64,000 nt of DNA from Acidobacteriota bacterium (GTDB lineage Bacteria > Acidobacteriota > UBA6911), in NCBI GenBank assembly GCA_963664705.1, contig OY761556.1, forward strand, positions 576,001-640,000, read 5' to 3'. Shown here piece after piece: positions 38,673 to 47,946 of the stretch. Position numbers and translations under genes: made by a program. Position 1 is the first letter of the stretch. Each line of letters opens with the position of its first letter. Below the pieces are notes generated by a model. That model was not told the DNA's origin, did no database searches, and saw only the letters and a program-made list of their open reading frames with translations.

Positions 38673-39941
38673 CTATCTCCGCGATTTTCGCATTTCGGAT
38701 AAAAATTCCGCCGAGTTTCTTGCGATCACCTTCTTCAGAGTCCTGACGGTCAGCGGTTTTAGGGGAATCATGGGATCCGTGCCCAGCAAAGAGAAAATCT
38801 GTTTCAGGCTCTCGTCATCCGTAGATTGAGCCTTGGCTTCCAGCAGAATCCAATTCCCGCATCGGCGCAGAACAGCACGAAAATCCTCGAGTCCTTCCTG
38901 TATCCATACATTGATTTGTGCGGCAGAACTGGCGGGGTGTTGCCGCGCTGCCGGATTAAAGTTGCAGTAGCATCGAGGATACAATTCCAGAATTTGATCC
39001 ACCGGCAGATTACACTGATTGCGCTGAATCCATCGAGCCAGCAGTTTTACACGATTAAGGCAGCTCTGATCGGCATGCGGGAGTCCGGAAAGCAGCTCAA
39101 GGTTGCGCAGGGCGATAGAATCGACTTTTACTTCATCCTTCTTGAATCCGCCCATCACATGGAGAGCTTCTTCGTGCAGCAGGAAGTATGTATCCATGTA
39201 GTTCTTTTTGAATTCGAGGAACTTATTGTCGAAGTCGATCCGCACGGCCGGGTCGAGAAAACGATGAGGTTCCTCCAGGGATTGAAGCAACGACTCCTTC
39301 AGCCGATCCAGGGTTTCGTTATTCAGCGAAAAGGCTGCCGTCAGATATTCATGCGCATGCATGAAAGCCGGCATCCAGCGCTTGAGTCCGGCCAGGTTCT
39401 CCAGCCCCTGTTTCCACTTGAATAGCCTTGGTTCCTCCCACGCGAAACTGCGGCCGATGCAATCCACGGCTTCATAGAACGTCAGCGAACCGGAACGGAG
39501 GTTTTCCAAAATGGTTTTCAGGAACCGCAGCGGGCTTTCGATGATCTTGAGCTCATTCCAGAACCGAGTGGTCTGGAGAACATCGGGGAATACCTGTACG
39601 CTTCCAAGAATGCCTTCAGCCGAATGGGCAAGCCAATCGATGAACTGGTTTTTGGCAAGTTCAGCCGGCGCTCCTTCAATCCCAGTCCTGTCCATCAGAA
39701 GGGCGGCCCAACGGCGGGATCTTTCCTCCCCGGATACTCTTCTCGATGCCGACGCCGTATCCGAGCCGCCAAATTCGATCAGCAGATCGTTGAGCGATTC
39801 CTTTGCAGCGCTTGTCCCAGGCGAGGGTTTTGCGATTTCAAGCCTTGGGAGTGCGCCTCCGGGCAGGCTGGTTGCATTGCCCGTCCTGGACGCATCAGGG
39901 GATTGAGGTTCGTTGGTACTCCTTGGATCACCGATAGCCAT
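38673..39941 (-). CDS. Hypothetical helical protein resembling the C-terminal region of DUF6079 (BREX-associated ATPase) proteins
   Basis: FKKNYMDTYFLLH...LRNLELLSGL...QCNLPVDQILELYPRCYCNFNP. No P-loop. Similarity recognised from memory only. Confidence 0.5.
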   Translation of the reverse strand: MAIGDPRSTNEPQSPDASRTGNATSLPGGALPRLEIAKPSPGTSAAKESLNDLLIEFGGSDTASASRRVSGEERSRRWAALLMDRTGIEGAPAELAKNQFIDWLAHSAEGILGSVQVFPDVLQTTRFWNELKIIESPLRFLKTILENLRSGSLTFYEAVDCIGRSFAWEEPRLFKWKQGLENLAGLKRWMPAFMHAHEYLTAAFSLNNETLDRLKESLLQSLEEPHRFLDPAVRIDFDNKFLEFKKNYMDTYFLLHEEALHVMGGFKKDEVKVDSIALRNLELLSGLPHADQSCLNRVKLLARWIQRNQCNLPVDQILELYPRCYCNFNPAARQHPASSAAQINVWIQEGLEDFRAVLRRCGNWILLEAKAQSTDDESLKQIFSLLGTDPMIPLKPLTVRTLKKVIARNSAEFLSEMRKSRR

Positions 39942-39971
39942 GCCAGATCATTCTTGGGGGGAATCAAATTA

Positions 39972-42380
39972 TTAGGGCCCTTTTTTGTTATCGGCTCCGC
40001 CGCCTGTATCTTTAGAAGGAGTTGCATAAATGCTTACAGGTCCCCCCTTGCCGGCCGCCTGCTCGTAGTTATTGCCATAGCATTGAAGAGTGGGCTCGGT
40101 GCCCTTGATGAAATATTCCTTTTCTCTCTGGAGGCAATGCTCTGTAGCCAGCAGTCCGGTTGAAGGATCAATTTCCACTTCCGGAACATCGTCGGGGATG
40201 GAGAATTCTGCCCCTCTCAGAGGCCGGAGCGAGACCGCTTTCTTCATGAATTCTGTCCATATGGGAAGAGCGGATTGTGAGCCTGAAAGCCCAAGCTCCC
40301 GATTGTCATCGAAGCCCACCCAGACGATACAGAGCAGATCCGGCGTATAGCCTGCAAACCAGCCGTCATGCGATGTTCCCGTCTTGCCGGCCGCCGGGAG
40401 CCCGAATCCGCGTGACCGGGCCGCCGCCCCGGTTCCGTTGTTGATAACGGATTGCAGCAGGGAGGTTACGAGGAATGCAATCTGAGGGGTCAAAGCCTGT
40501 TTCGGCTCAGGCGGTTCCACCCTGACCGGCTTGCCGTTTGCGTCCTGTATTTGCAGGACGGGCGTCAGGTCGGAAAGCAGGCCGCCATTGGCAAAGGCGG
40601 TGTAGGCCCGAACCATTTCCAGCGGCGTTATTTCAAAACTGCCGATGGCCATCGCGGGGTATGGCTTGATTTTCTCATTCAATCCAAGCCGTTGCGCCAG
40701 CTCTGTAACCTTCTGGTATCCCACTTTTTCGGCAAGCTTGATTGTCGCGATGTTCATCGACTTGGTGATTGCCTGCCGCATTGTCACTTGTCCGAAATAT
40801 TCCTGTTTGAAATTCTGCGGCTCGTATTGGAGATCATCAAAGGTAAACTGAGTCGGTTGATCGAGGACCGTGGAGACGACGGTCAGCGGAGTGGAACTGC
40901 TATAGGCCGTTTCGAGCGCAGTTGCGTACACAAAGGGCTTGAAGATGCTTCCCGGTTGCCGCTTTGATTGTGTGATGCGGTTGAATTGACTCATTCCATA
41001 GCTTCGACCGCCCAGCATCGCGAGGATCTGCCCGTTTTTCGGATCAACCGCGACAAGGCTTGCCTGCACGGTTCCCGGCGGAACTGGTGGTTTATGCTTT
41101 GCGAAATAAGCGTCCAACTCAGCAAGTCCTGCCCTGACTGACTCAAATGCCGCCTGTTGCAGGCCGGTATCCAGGCTTGTATAGACTTTGTACTTTTCCC
41201 TGGCAAGGGTCTCATCGCCGTATTTTGCGATCAATTGATCCTGTACATAGTCCACGAAATATGGGGCATCGGAATAGTTGAGGATGGATGTCGGTTTGAC
41301 AACCAGTGGTTTTGCTTTGGCTGCGTTTCGCTCCTGTTCCGTGATCATGGAGTATTCGGCCATCTGATCCAATACCAGGTTTCGCCTGACGGTAGCCCGG
41401 TCAGGATACCGTAATGGCGTATGGCGGTTAGGCGCCGTAATCATGCCTGCAAGAGTGGCGGCTTCTTCGAGCGTTAGGTCTTTGACTCGCTTGTCAAAAA
41501 ATGTGTCTGCGGCCTCTCCAAACCCGACAATGCTGAAAGATCCCGCCTGACCCAGGTACACTTCATTGCTGTAAAGTTCGAAGATCTGCGTCTTGGTAAG
41601 GCGTTTCTCCAGCAGAATGGACATATACGCGTCGGCAAATTTTCGTCTCCAGGTCCGCTCGGGAGTCAGAAAGTAGTTTTTGACAAACTGCTGCGTCAAC
41701 GTCGAGGCTCCCTGTGCGGTGTCTCCTTCCCGGATATCCACGATCAACGCCTTGATAATGCGAATAGGATCGATGCCACTGTGGCTGAAGAACCGCCTGT
41801 CTTCAGCCGCGAGCACGGCGTTGATCAGGACTTCCGGAATTTCCTGGTAGGTGACGGCGCGGCGCTTCTCTCTGCTTCTGTCGATAGCATTGCTGAGCAA
41901 TTCGGGCCTGAGCGAGAACTGCTGCAACTCTGCTTTGGTACCGAGATCCGTTACGGATGAGATGCTTTTGCCCGAGCAGGCGACCTCAACTCTTCGATTG
42001 GAATCGACCGGAACTGCAGACTCGTTGTAAATCATCAGGCGGCCGGCCTTGTCCTGGCGGTACCAGGAGGCGCCGTCGGTAGCTTTGTCCTGATCCTGAT
42101 AGCCCAGACGCTTGAGCCTGGATTCCAGTTCCGTGCATGTGAGGACCTTGCCAGGATAGAGAAGCAGCGGTGCTGCGTAGATTTTAGTCTCCGTGATCCG
42201 GGAGCGTTTTCCGAGTTTCGCCTCAATCGTTCCATCGAAAATGTAATAGTAATGGATCAGGAACGCGGCGACAGCCACCAGCGGGATGAGCGCAAGCAGC
42301 GCAAGAATCTTGATCAGCATGCTTCGCCTGGATTTTTTTCCGGCTTTTGATCCGCGGCGTTTTGTCTTTTGTGTCGGCAT
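39972..42380 (-). CDS. Bifunctional class A penicillin-binding protein (PBP1b-like)
   Basis: TM anchor, UB2H-like region, transglycosylase EDRRF.SHSGID and GASTLTQQ, transpeptidase SIFK, SMN, KTGT. Confidence 0.94.
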   Translation of the reverse strand: MPTQKTKRRGSKAGKKSRRSMLIKILALLALIPLVAVAAFLIHYYYIFDGTIEAKLGKRSRITETKIYAAPLLLYPGKVLTCTELESRLKRLGYQDQDKATDGASWYRQDKAGRLMIYNESAVPVDSNRRVEVACSGKSISSVTDLGTKAELQQFSLRPELLSNAIDRSREKRRAVTYQEIPEVLINAVLAAEDRRFFSHSGIDPIRIIKALIVDIREGDTAQGASTLTQQFVKNYFLTPERTWRRKFADAYMSILLEKRLTKTQIFELYSNEVYLGQAGSFSIVGFGEAADTFFDKRVKDLTLEEAATLAGMITAPNRHTPLRYPDRATVRRNLVLDQMAEYSMITEQERNAAKAKPLVVKPTSILNYSDAPYFVDYVQDQLIAKYGDETLAREKYKVYTSLDTGLQQAAFESVRAGLAELDAYFAKHKPPVPPGTVQASLVAVDPKNGQILAMLGGRSYGMSQFNRITQSKRQPGSIFKPFVYATALETAYSSSTPLTVVSTVLDQPTQFTFDDLQYEPQNFKQEYFGQVTMRQAITKSMNIATIKLAEKVGYQKVTELAQRLGLNEKIKPYPAMAIGSFEITPLEMVRAYTAFANGGLLSDLTPVLQIQDANGKPVRVEPPEPKQALTPQIAFLVTSLLQSVINNGTGAAARSRGFGLPAAGKTGTSHDGWFAGYTPDLLCIVWVGFDDNRELGLSGSQSALPIWTEFMKKAVSLRPLRGAEFSIPDDVPEVEIDPSTGLLATEHCLQREKEYFIKGTEPTLQCYGNNYEQAAGKGGPVSIYATPSKDTGGGADNKKGP

Positions 42381-42521
42381 GAAATACCCGCTATAAAGGG
42401 AGCATTCTATTAGAAATTGACGGCATTCGGAATGACAATCGGCATCGATCCCGCAGCGGGAAAGGGCTGAGTTTGTAGAGATGCGGCGACTCGCAGCCGT
42501 AATTCCGGGCTGCTCAACGGA

Positions 42522-44447
42522 CTAAAGCTCCTGCAGTTTTCCTGTTTCCTCCACCTCATAGCCGCCAAGGGTGAGGACATGGTCGATGAATTTTCCGGAC
42601 CGAATGATTTCCAGGAGAAGCTGCATGCGTTCGTCCTTTAACATATTCGCTGGAAGGACAAGGTCGTATCTCTCGCGGGATACGGGAATAAAATCGAGAT
42701 CGAGAGCTTTGGCCGCGGCCATGATTCCAAGTCCAACATCCGCGCGGCCGGAGGTGACCGCCATCGCTACGCTCATGTGGGTATACTCTTCGGTCCTGTA
42801 TCCGTGGATGGCTGTTGCATCAATGTCGGCCTTTTGAAGTTCGTAATCCAGCAGGATGCGAGTGCCTGATCCCGCCTGACGATTAATCATTGCAATGTCC
42901 GGACGGGTAAGGTCGGCAATTCCACGGATATTCTTAGGATTGCCCTTGGCGATCATCAATCCCTGCCACCGATGCACCAGCGTCACCAGCGCAACCGGAG
43001 TGTTCCGGATATATCGTTTGATATAGGATCGATTATAGTCGCCGGTGCTGGTATCCAGAAGATGCGTGCCGGCAAAATGGGCGATGCCTTTTTCTATGGC
43101 AAGCAATCCTCCCATGCTGCCGACGTTGCTGGAGGAAATATTGATCCGTCCTTCGGACATCTCCTTTACTGAGCTGGCAAGTAAATCGACGGTAAGGTCG
43201 TGGGAGCCGAGCACGAGAAGTCTGTTATTGAGGGCGTTTTCCGAGGTCAGAAGCTCAACCGTGACCTTTTCTCCCTCGGAATAGCCGCTGACTTCCGGAC
43301 CGATCCGCAGGATGCCGTCGGCGCGCACCAGCGATGTCATCATGCCGGCTCCTCCGGAGAGCGGCACGGCAACAACGCGATCCGCAACCCGGCCCAGAAG
43401 AACCCGCACGTGTTCTTCGAGACCCGGTTTTGACGGGAGTTTTCTGCCCATGCAGGCTTCAATTTTATCGGGATCGGGCGGTTGGAGCCCTTGCATGTGA
43501 AACAGCAGGGGGCGCACGAATTCGCGGAAAGAAACAACGGCTGAAACCGGATAGCCCGGGACCCCGACGACCGGGCGATTCTGCACAGCGGCCAGCAATG
43601 TCGGCTTGCCGGGCATTACCGTCACTCCATGCACAAGCAGTTCTCCCAGTTCCGACATCACGGTCGGGGAGAAATCCTCGGAGCCGGCGGAGGAGCCTGC
43701 TATCGTGAGAATCATGTCATATCCGTCCGCTATTCCGGATCTGACCGCGTCTTTGATTTTATCCAATATATCGGGAACCGTACGGACAAGCGTGCTTTCC
43801 GCTCCACACTCGGAAATCATGGAGGACAGCACCTGTCCGTTTACTTCGAGAATGACCCCGGGGGGTAGCGGGTCGCTGACTTCCTCTGGAGCAATGATTT
43901 CATCTCCAGTAGGAATGATGAGCACGCGAGGCTTGCGGAATACCTGCACCTCCATGATGCCCGCGGCCAGTAGGGCTCCCTGATCGTAAGAGCGGATTCT
44001 GTGATAGGCGGGCAGAATGATCTCGCCCTTGATAATATCCTCTCCTGTTTTTCTGACGTTTTGCCAGGGGTAAACGGAGTCGCGAATTTCGCAGAGCCCT
44101 TCCGACAGCTCAACCTTCTCAATCATGACCACTGCGTCCGCGCCTTCCGGCAGAGGATCTCCCGTGTTGACCTGCACAGCCTGGCCGCCAAGCGGCAGGA
44201 TGACAGGGCTCTCCGGAAATGCCGAAAACGTGGTTGCGGCGCGGACTGCAATCCCATCCACAGCCGAGGCGTTATAAGCCGGAACCGAGCGTTCCGCTTT
44301 AATGGGGCCAACCAGAAGTCGGCCCAGCGCCTTTCGAACCGAAATACTTTCCGTCTCCATCCGCAGACTGCGGAATCGCGAAAAGAAGAGTTCCTGCGCT
44401 TCCTTGAGTGGTTTCAGATTGCGGTAAGTCTGTCGCTTTGAAGTCAT
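42522..44447 (-). CDS. moeA: MoeA fused to C-terminal periplasmic-binding-protein-like (molybdate/tungstate) domain
   Basis: SAVDGIAV, NTGDPLPEGADAVVMIE, TGDE, PGKP, PGYPVS, then GSHD, GSMGGL, NRQAGSGTR, ERYDL. Confidence 0.92.
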   Translation of the reverse strand: MTSKRQTYRNLKPLKEAQELFFSRFRSLRMETESISVRKALGRLLVGPIKAERSVPAYNASAVDGIAVRAATTFSAFPESPVILPLGGQAVQVNTGDPLPEGADAVVMIEKVELSEGLCEIRDSVYPWQNVRKTGEDIIKGEIILPAYHRIRSYDQGALLAAGIMEVQVFRKPRVLIIPTGDEIIAPEEVSDPLPPGVILEVNGQVLSSMISECGAESTLVRTVPDILDKIKDAVRSGIADGYDMILTIAGSSAGSEDFSPTVMSELGELLVHGVTVMPGKPTLLAAVQNRPVVGVPGYPVSAVVSFREFVRPLLFHMQGLQPPDPDKIEACMGRKLPSKPGLEEHVRVLLGRVADRVVAVPLSGGAGMMTSLVRADGILRIGPEVSGYSEGEKVTVELLTSENALNNRLLVLGSHDLTVDLLASSVKEMSEGRINISSSNVGSMGGLLAIEKGIAHFAGTHLLDTSTGDYNRSYIKRYIRNTPVALVTLVHRWQGLMIAKGNPKNIRGIADLTRPDIAMINRQAGSGTRILLDYELQKADIDATAIHGYRTEEYTHMSVAMAVTSGRADVGLGIMAAAKALDLDFIPVSRERYDLVLPANMLKDERMQLLLEIIRSGKFIDHVLTLGGYEVEETGKLQEL

Positions 44448-44491
44448 GGGAAATCCGTTCAGATCTCAATTAGTTCAACGAAGCATCCATA

Positions 44492-45733
44492 TCATTGCTG
44501 GGTGACCTGGACCACTTTCCCTTTTGCAAATCCCTCGGCATTCATCGGAATTGTAATGATGCCGTCGGCTTTTACCATGGTGGAAAGCATACCCGATTTG
44601 CCAAACACGGGGATGGCAATATCGGAGTTGTCCTCCGATTTTTCAATCCTCACTCGAACGTATTCTTCCAGACCGATTGTGGAATGAACAGAGGTGTTGA
44701 GCACGGCTGTGGTTTGATGCCCGACCGGGCCCTTTTCGAGTTTGTCTCCGCGTAGATATCGCAGGAATGGCGCGAGGAAAACCTGGGCGACTACGAGAGC
44801 GGAAACCGGATGGCCGGGAAGGCCAATGATCGCTTTCCCCTTTTGATCAGCCAGAAGTGTGGGTTTGCCCGGACGGATAGCTACACCGTGGGCCAGAACT
44901 TCCACGTCCGGCAGCGTAGAGACAACCTCGACCATCAAATCGCGCGCGCCCACGGAACTGCCGCCTGAGATTGTTACCACATCGGCCATCTCCAAAGCGG
45001 TCCGGAGCGTCTCCTTCATTCTGCTCGCATCATCCGGAACAATTTCAAAACTTATGGGTTCCGCTCCGCATGCTCGGATCAGCGCGGCAATGGAATGGCC
45101 ATTAGCATCGCGGATCTGGCCGAGAGAGGGCTTTCGCTCCATCGGGATGATCTCATCTCCGGAGGAAATCACCGCGACCTTGGGGACGCGATAAACCGCT
45201 ACTTTCGTTACGCCCAAGGCAGCCAGAAACCCCATTTCCTGGGGACGGAGCATACTTCCCGAAAAAAGCAGCGATTCCCCTGCCTGCGCATCTTCACCTT
45301 TTTCCAGTACATTCGTGCGGAATGTCACGGGGCGGGAGACTTCGATGGCTTCCGGACCTGCCGAATTCGTATATTCCACCATCACGACCGCATCGGCGCC
45401 ATTGGGCAAAAAACCGCCCGTCGGAATTTGGGCAGCCTCCCCCAGTCCCAGAGTGAATGAAGGCATGACTCCCATCGGAATAGCGCCAACCAGGTTCAGC
45501 AAAGCCGGGATGGAATCAGATGCGCCAAATGTATCCTCAGCGCGCACGGCAAAGCCGTCAACCGTGGACCGGGCTCCTTCCGGCAGATTCTCTTTGGAAA
45601 TGACCTCCTCGGCAAGGATTCGGTGAAGCCCCGCGTCCAGGGAGATATGTTCCGAAGTGAGCCTGGAAAATCGGCGCAGCTTTTCAATGAATTCGTCTGC
45701 CGAAATTACTTGAAAGAACTCAGTCAAAACCAC
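44492..45733 (-). CDS. moeA: Molybdopterin molybdo/tungstotransferase MoeA
   Basis: STVDGFAV, PTGGFLPNGADAVVMVE, SSGDE, SGGSSVGARD, RPGKP, LPGHPVS. Confidence 0.94.
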   Translation of the reverse strand: MVLTEFFQVISADEFIEKLRRFSRLTSEHISLDAGLHRILAEEVISKENLPEGARSTVDGFAVRAEDTFGASDSIPALLNLVGAIPMGVMPSFTLGLGEAAQIPTGGFLPNGADAVVMVEYTNSAGPEAIEVSRPVTFRTNVLEKGEDAQAGESLLFSGSMLRPQEMGFLAALGVTKVAVYRVPKVAVISSGDEIIPMERKPSLGQIRDANGHSIAALIRACGAEPISFEIVPDDASRMKETLRTALEMADVVTISGGSSVGARDLMVEVVSTLPDVEVLAHGVAIRPGKPTLLADQKGKAIIGLPGHPVSALVVAQVFLAPFLRYLRGDKLEKGPVGHQTTAVLNTSVHSTIGLEEYVRVRIEKSEDNSDIAIPVFGKSGMLSTMVKADGIITIPMNAEGFAKGKVVQVTQQ

Positions 45734-46046
45734 CCCTCACATTGAACGAATTGCCAAGGCCATCTTCACACGGCACAAAACGGGCATTATCCCGCGAGGG
45801 CTGTTGGACCGTCAAGACTGAACAACTGCAACTATTCTCAAGCCTTCCGAATAGGGAACAATTCCGCCCGTCCGGGTTATTGTGAACGCGCCTTTTGTAT
45901 GGCAAAAGCAACACAATCCGATTATATTGAAATCCGAGACGGCAGCTGCCGGGTTTAGTCGCCACGGTGGTGAATTTGCCGTTACGGGAACCGGCTATTC
46001 CCAATAGAGATAAATTCTGCAGCAATATTCACTGCGAGGATTGCCA

Positions 46047-47762
46047 ATGGCTAAATTACTAAGAATAAATATGTCTGCTCTCTCCGCAACCTTTGACGAG
46101 GTTCCGGAAGCCTATAAAAGGTTTGGAGGCAGAGGCTTAACCGATTGCATCGTAGCAACAGAAGTACCTCCGACTTGCGATCCCCTGGGTGTCGACAACA
46201 AGCTTGTCTGGGCTCCCGGAATCCTGGGTGGAACTCCTTTCCCCTGCAGCGGAAGGCTGTCGGTGGGTACAAAGAGCCCAATGACAAAGGGTATTAAAGA
46301 GGCCAATTCCGGCGGAGCAATGGGCCAGAAGCTGGCAAGGCTTGGAATCAAAGCCGTAGTTTTTGAAGGCAAGGCCAAAGAGCCTACTCTGGTTAAGATT
46401 GATAACACCGGCGTGAAGTTTTCGTCTGCCGCCGATCTTGCCGGCCTTGGAAGTTATGCAATTCTGGACAAACTCAAAGCATCCTACAGCAACAAATCCT
46501 GTATGGCGTGGACCGGGCCCGCAGGCGATCAGATGCTTACCGCGGCTTCAATCATGTTTACCACTCCGGACTTCCATATTCGCGTGGCTGCGCGCGGAGG
46601 CGTGGGCGCCGTAATGGGTTCGAAAAACCTGAAGGCCGTAGTTGTCGAAGACGGCGGAGTCAATCAGGTTGAAATCAAAGACAAACAGAAGATGAAGGAA
46701 TGCGTATCGAATGTAACCAAGCACTGCATGGCGGACCATTTCTGCCAGGGCTTGAGAGCAAAAGGCACGCCCCAAATTGTTGCCATTACCCAGTTGGCCG
46801 GAGCATTGCCGACCAAGAATTTCTCGATGGGGCAATTTGACAGGATTGACGGACTCACCGGCGAGTATATGGAGGAATTGCTGAAGGGCCGTCCGAATGC
46901 CGAAACGGTACATCGCTGCATGGAAGGATGCATTCTCAGTTGCTCCAACGTGTACACGGACGAAAAGGGCGAGATGATCGTATCCGGAATCGAATACGAG
47001 ACAATCGCCTTGATCGGACCCAACTGCCTGATTGATAACCTGGATATGGTTGCCCGCATCAATCGTGCCTGCAACGATATGGGCGTCGATACGATGGATA
47101 TCGGTGGTGCGCTCGCGGTAGCCATGGAAGGCGGCCTTCTGAAGTGGGGCGATGCGGACGCTGCCCTTAAGCTGGTCGAGGAGATTGCTCTGGGGACCGA
47201 GAACGGCCGTATGATTGGAAGCGGTGCAAAAGTTACCGGTGAAAAGCTGGGCGTGAAGAGAGTCCCCGTCGTCAAAGGACAGTCTCTGTCCGGCTACGAT
47301 CCGAGAGTCCTGAAAGGCACCGGCGTTACATTCGCCACGTCTCCTCAGGGCGCCGACCACACGGCGGGCATTGTTCTTCCCGGCCCGCACGATCCCACTT
47401 ATGTTCCGGTTGCTCCGACAGGGCAAGCTCCGAAATCCCGTTTCATGCAGTCCTGGATGGCTGCGGGCGATACCCTGGGACTTTGTATGATGATCAATAT
47501 GCCCATCATGGAGGCCGGCCCGGGGCTTCATCTGAATGCAGTAGGCGCGGTCTCCGCATTGTTGGGAGTCCCGCTGGATGAGAAATATATGTGCAACCTG
47601 GGTGCCGAGGTAATTGAGATTGAAAGGAAATTCAATGCGGCAGCCGGGCTTACCAGCGCGGATGACAGATTGCCGAAGTTCTTTGTCGAGGAAGCATTCG
47701 GTCCTGGAGCGCTGTTATATGATGTGTCCGCTGAGGAACTGGATAGCGTTCACGCGAAATAG
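46047..47762 (+). CDS. aor: Tungsten-dependent aldehyde:ferredoxin oxidoreductase (AOR family)
   Basis: GGRGL, SGRLSVGTKSP, IKEANSGG, ARGGVGAVMGSKNLKA, CMEGCILSC, EYET, MGVDTM, GADHTAG, LGLC, DDRLP. Confidence 0.93.
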   Translation: MAKLLRINMSALSATFDEVPEAYKRFGGRGLTDCIVATEVPPTCDPLGVDNKLVWAPGILGGTPFPCSGRLSVGTKSPMTKGIKEANSGGAMGQKLARLGIKAVVFEGKAKEPTLVKIDNTGVKFSSAADLAGLGSYAILDKLKASYSNKSCMAWTGPAGDQMLTAASIMFTTPDFHIRVAARGGVGAVMGSKNLKAVVVEDGGVNQVEIKDKQKMKECVSNVTKHCMADHFCQGLRAKGTPQIVAITQLAGALPTKNFSMGQFDRIDGLTGEYMEELLKGRPNAETVHRCMEGCILSCSNVYTDEKGEMIVSGIEYETIALIGPNCLIDNLDMVARINRACNDMGVDTMDIGGALAVAMEGGLLKWGDADAALKLVEEIALGTENGRMIGSGAKVTGEKLGVKRVPVVKGQSLSGYDPRVLKGTGVTFATSPQGADHTAGIVLPGPHDPTYVPVAPTGQAPKSRFMQSWMAAGDTLGLCMMINMPIMEAGPGLHLNAVGAVSALLGVPLDEKYMCNLGAEVIEIERKFNAAAGLTSADDRLPKFFVEEAFGPGALLYDVSAEELDSVHAK

Positions 47763-47795
47763 CAGGCAGTAAATAAACCGAAATCGAAAAAAGCA

Positions 47796-47825
47796 GGAGC
47801 GTCGGCACTGGGACGCCGGCGCTCC
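47796..47825. repeat. REP-like GC-rich palindrome
   Basis: GGAGCGTCGGC-8 nt-GCCGGCGCTCC downstream of aor, no U tail. Confidence 0.55.
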
Positions 47826-47884
47826 GGTGGGCGGCTTCATTTTGTTGCTCAACCTGCCGCCAGCAAATCACCAAATCATTGTCC

Positions 47885-47915
47885 AAAAAAAAGCCCCGGA
47901 AGACCGGGGCTTTTT
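47885..47915. terminator. Bidirectional intrinsic terminator
   Basis: A8-GCCCCGG-AAGA-CCGGGGC-T5 between convergent genes. Confidence 0.9.
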
Positions 47916-47946
47916 AGTTCATGCGAGGGGCTGAAGGTTTTGCTTT

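Noticed and set aside
45850-45880. AATAGGGAA resembling a cobalamin riboswitch core
   Set aside because: The downstream GGTG..AA.TCC hairpin and B12 box are absent, and the flanking genes are Mo/W-related.
45900-45916. TGGCAA upstream of aor as a sigma54 promoter
   Set aside because: No TTGC at the -12 position.
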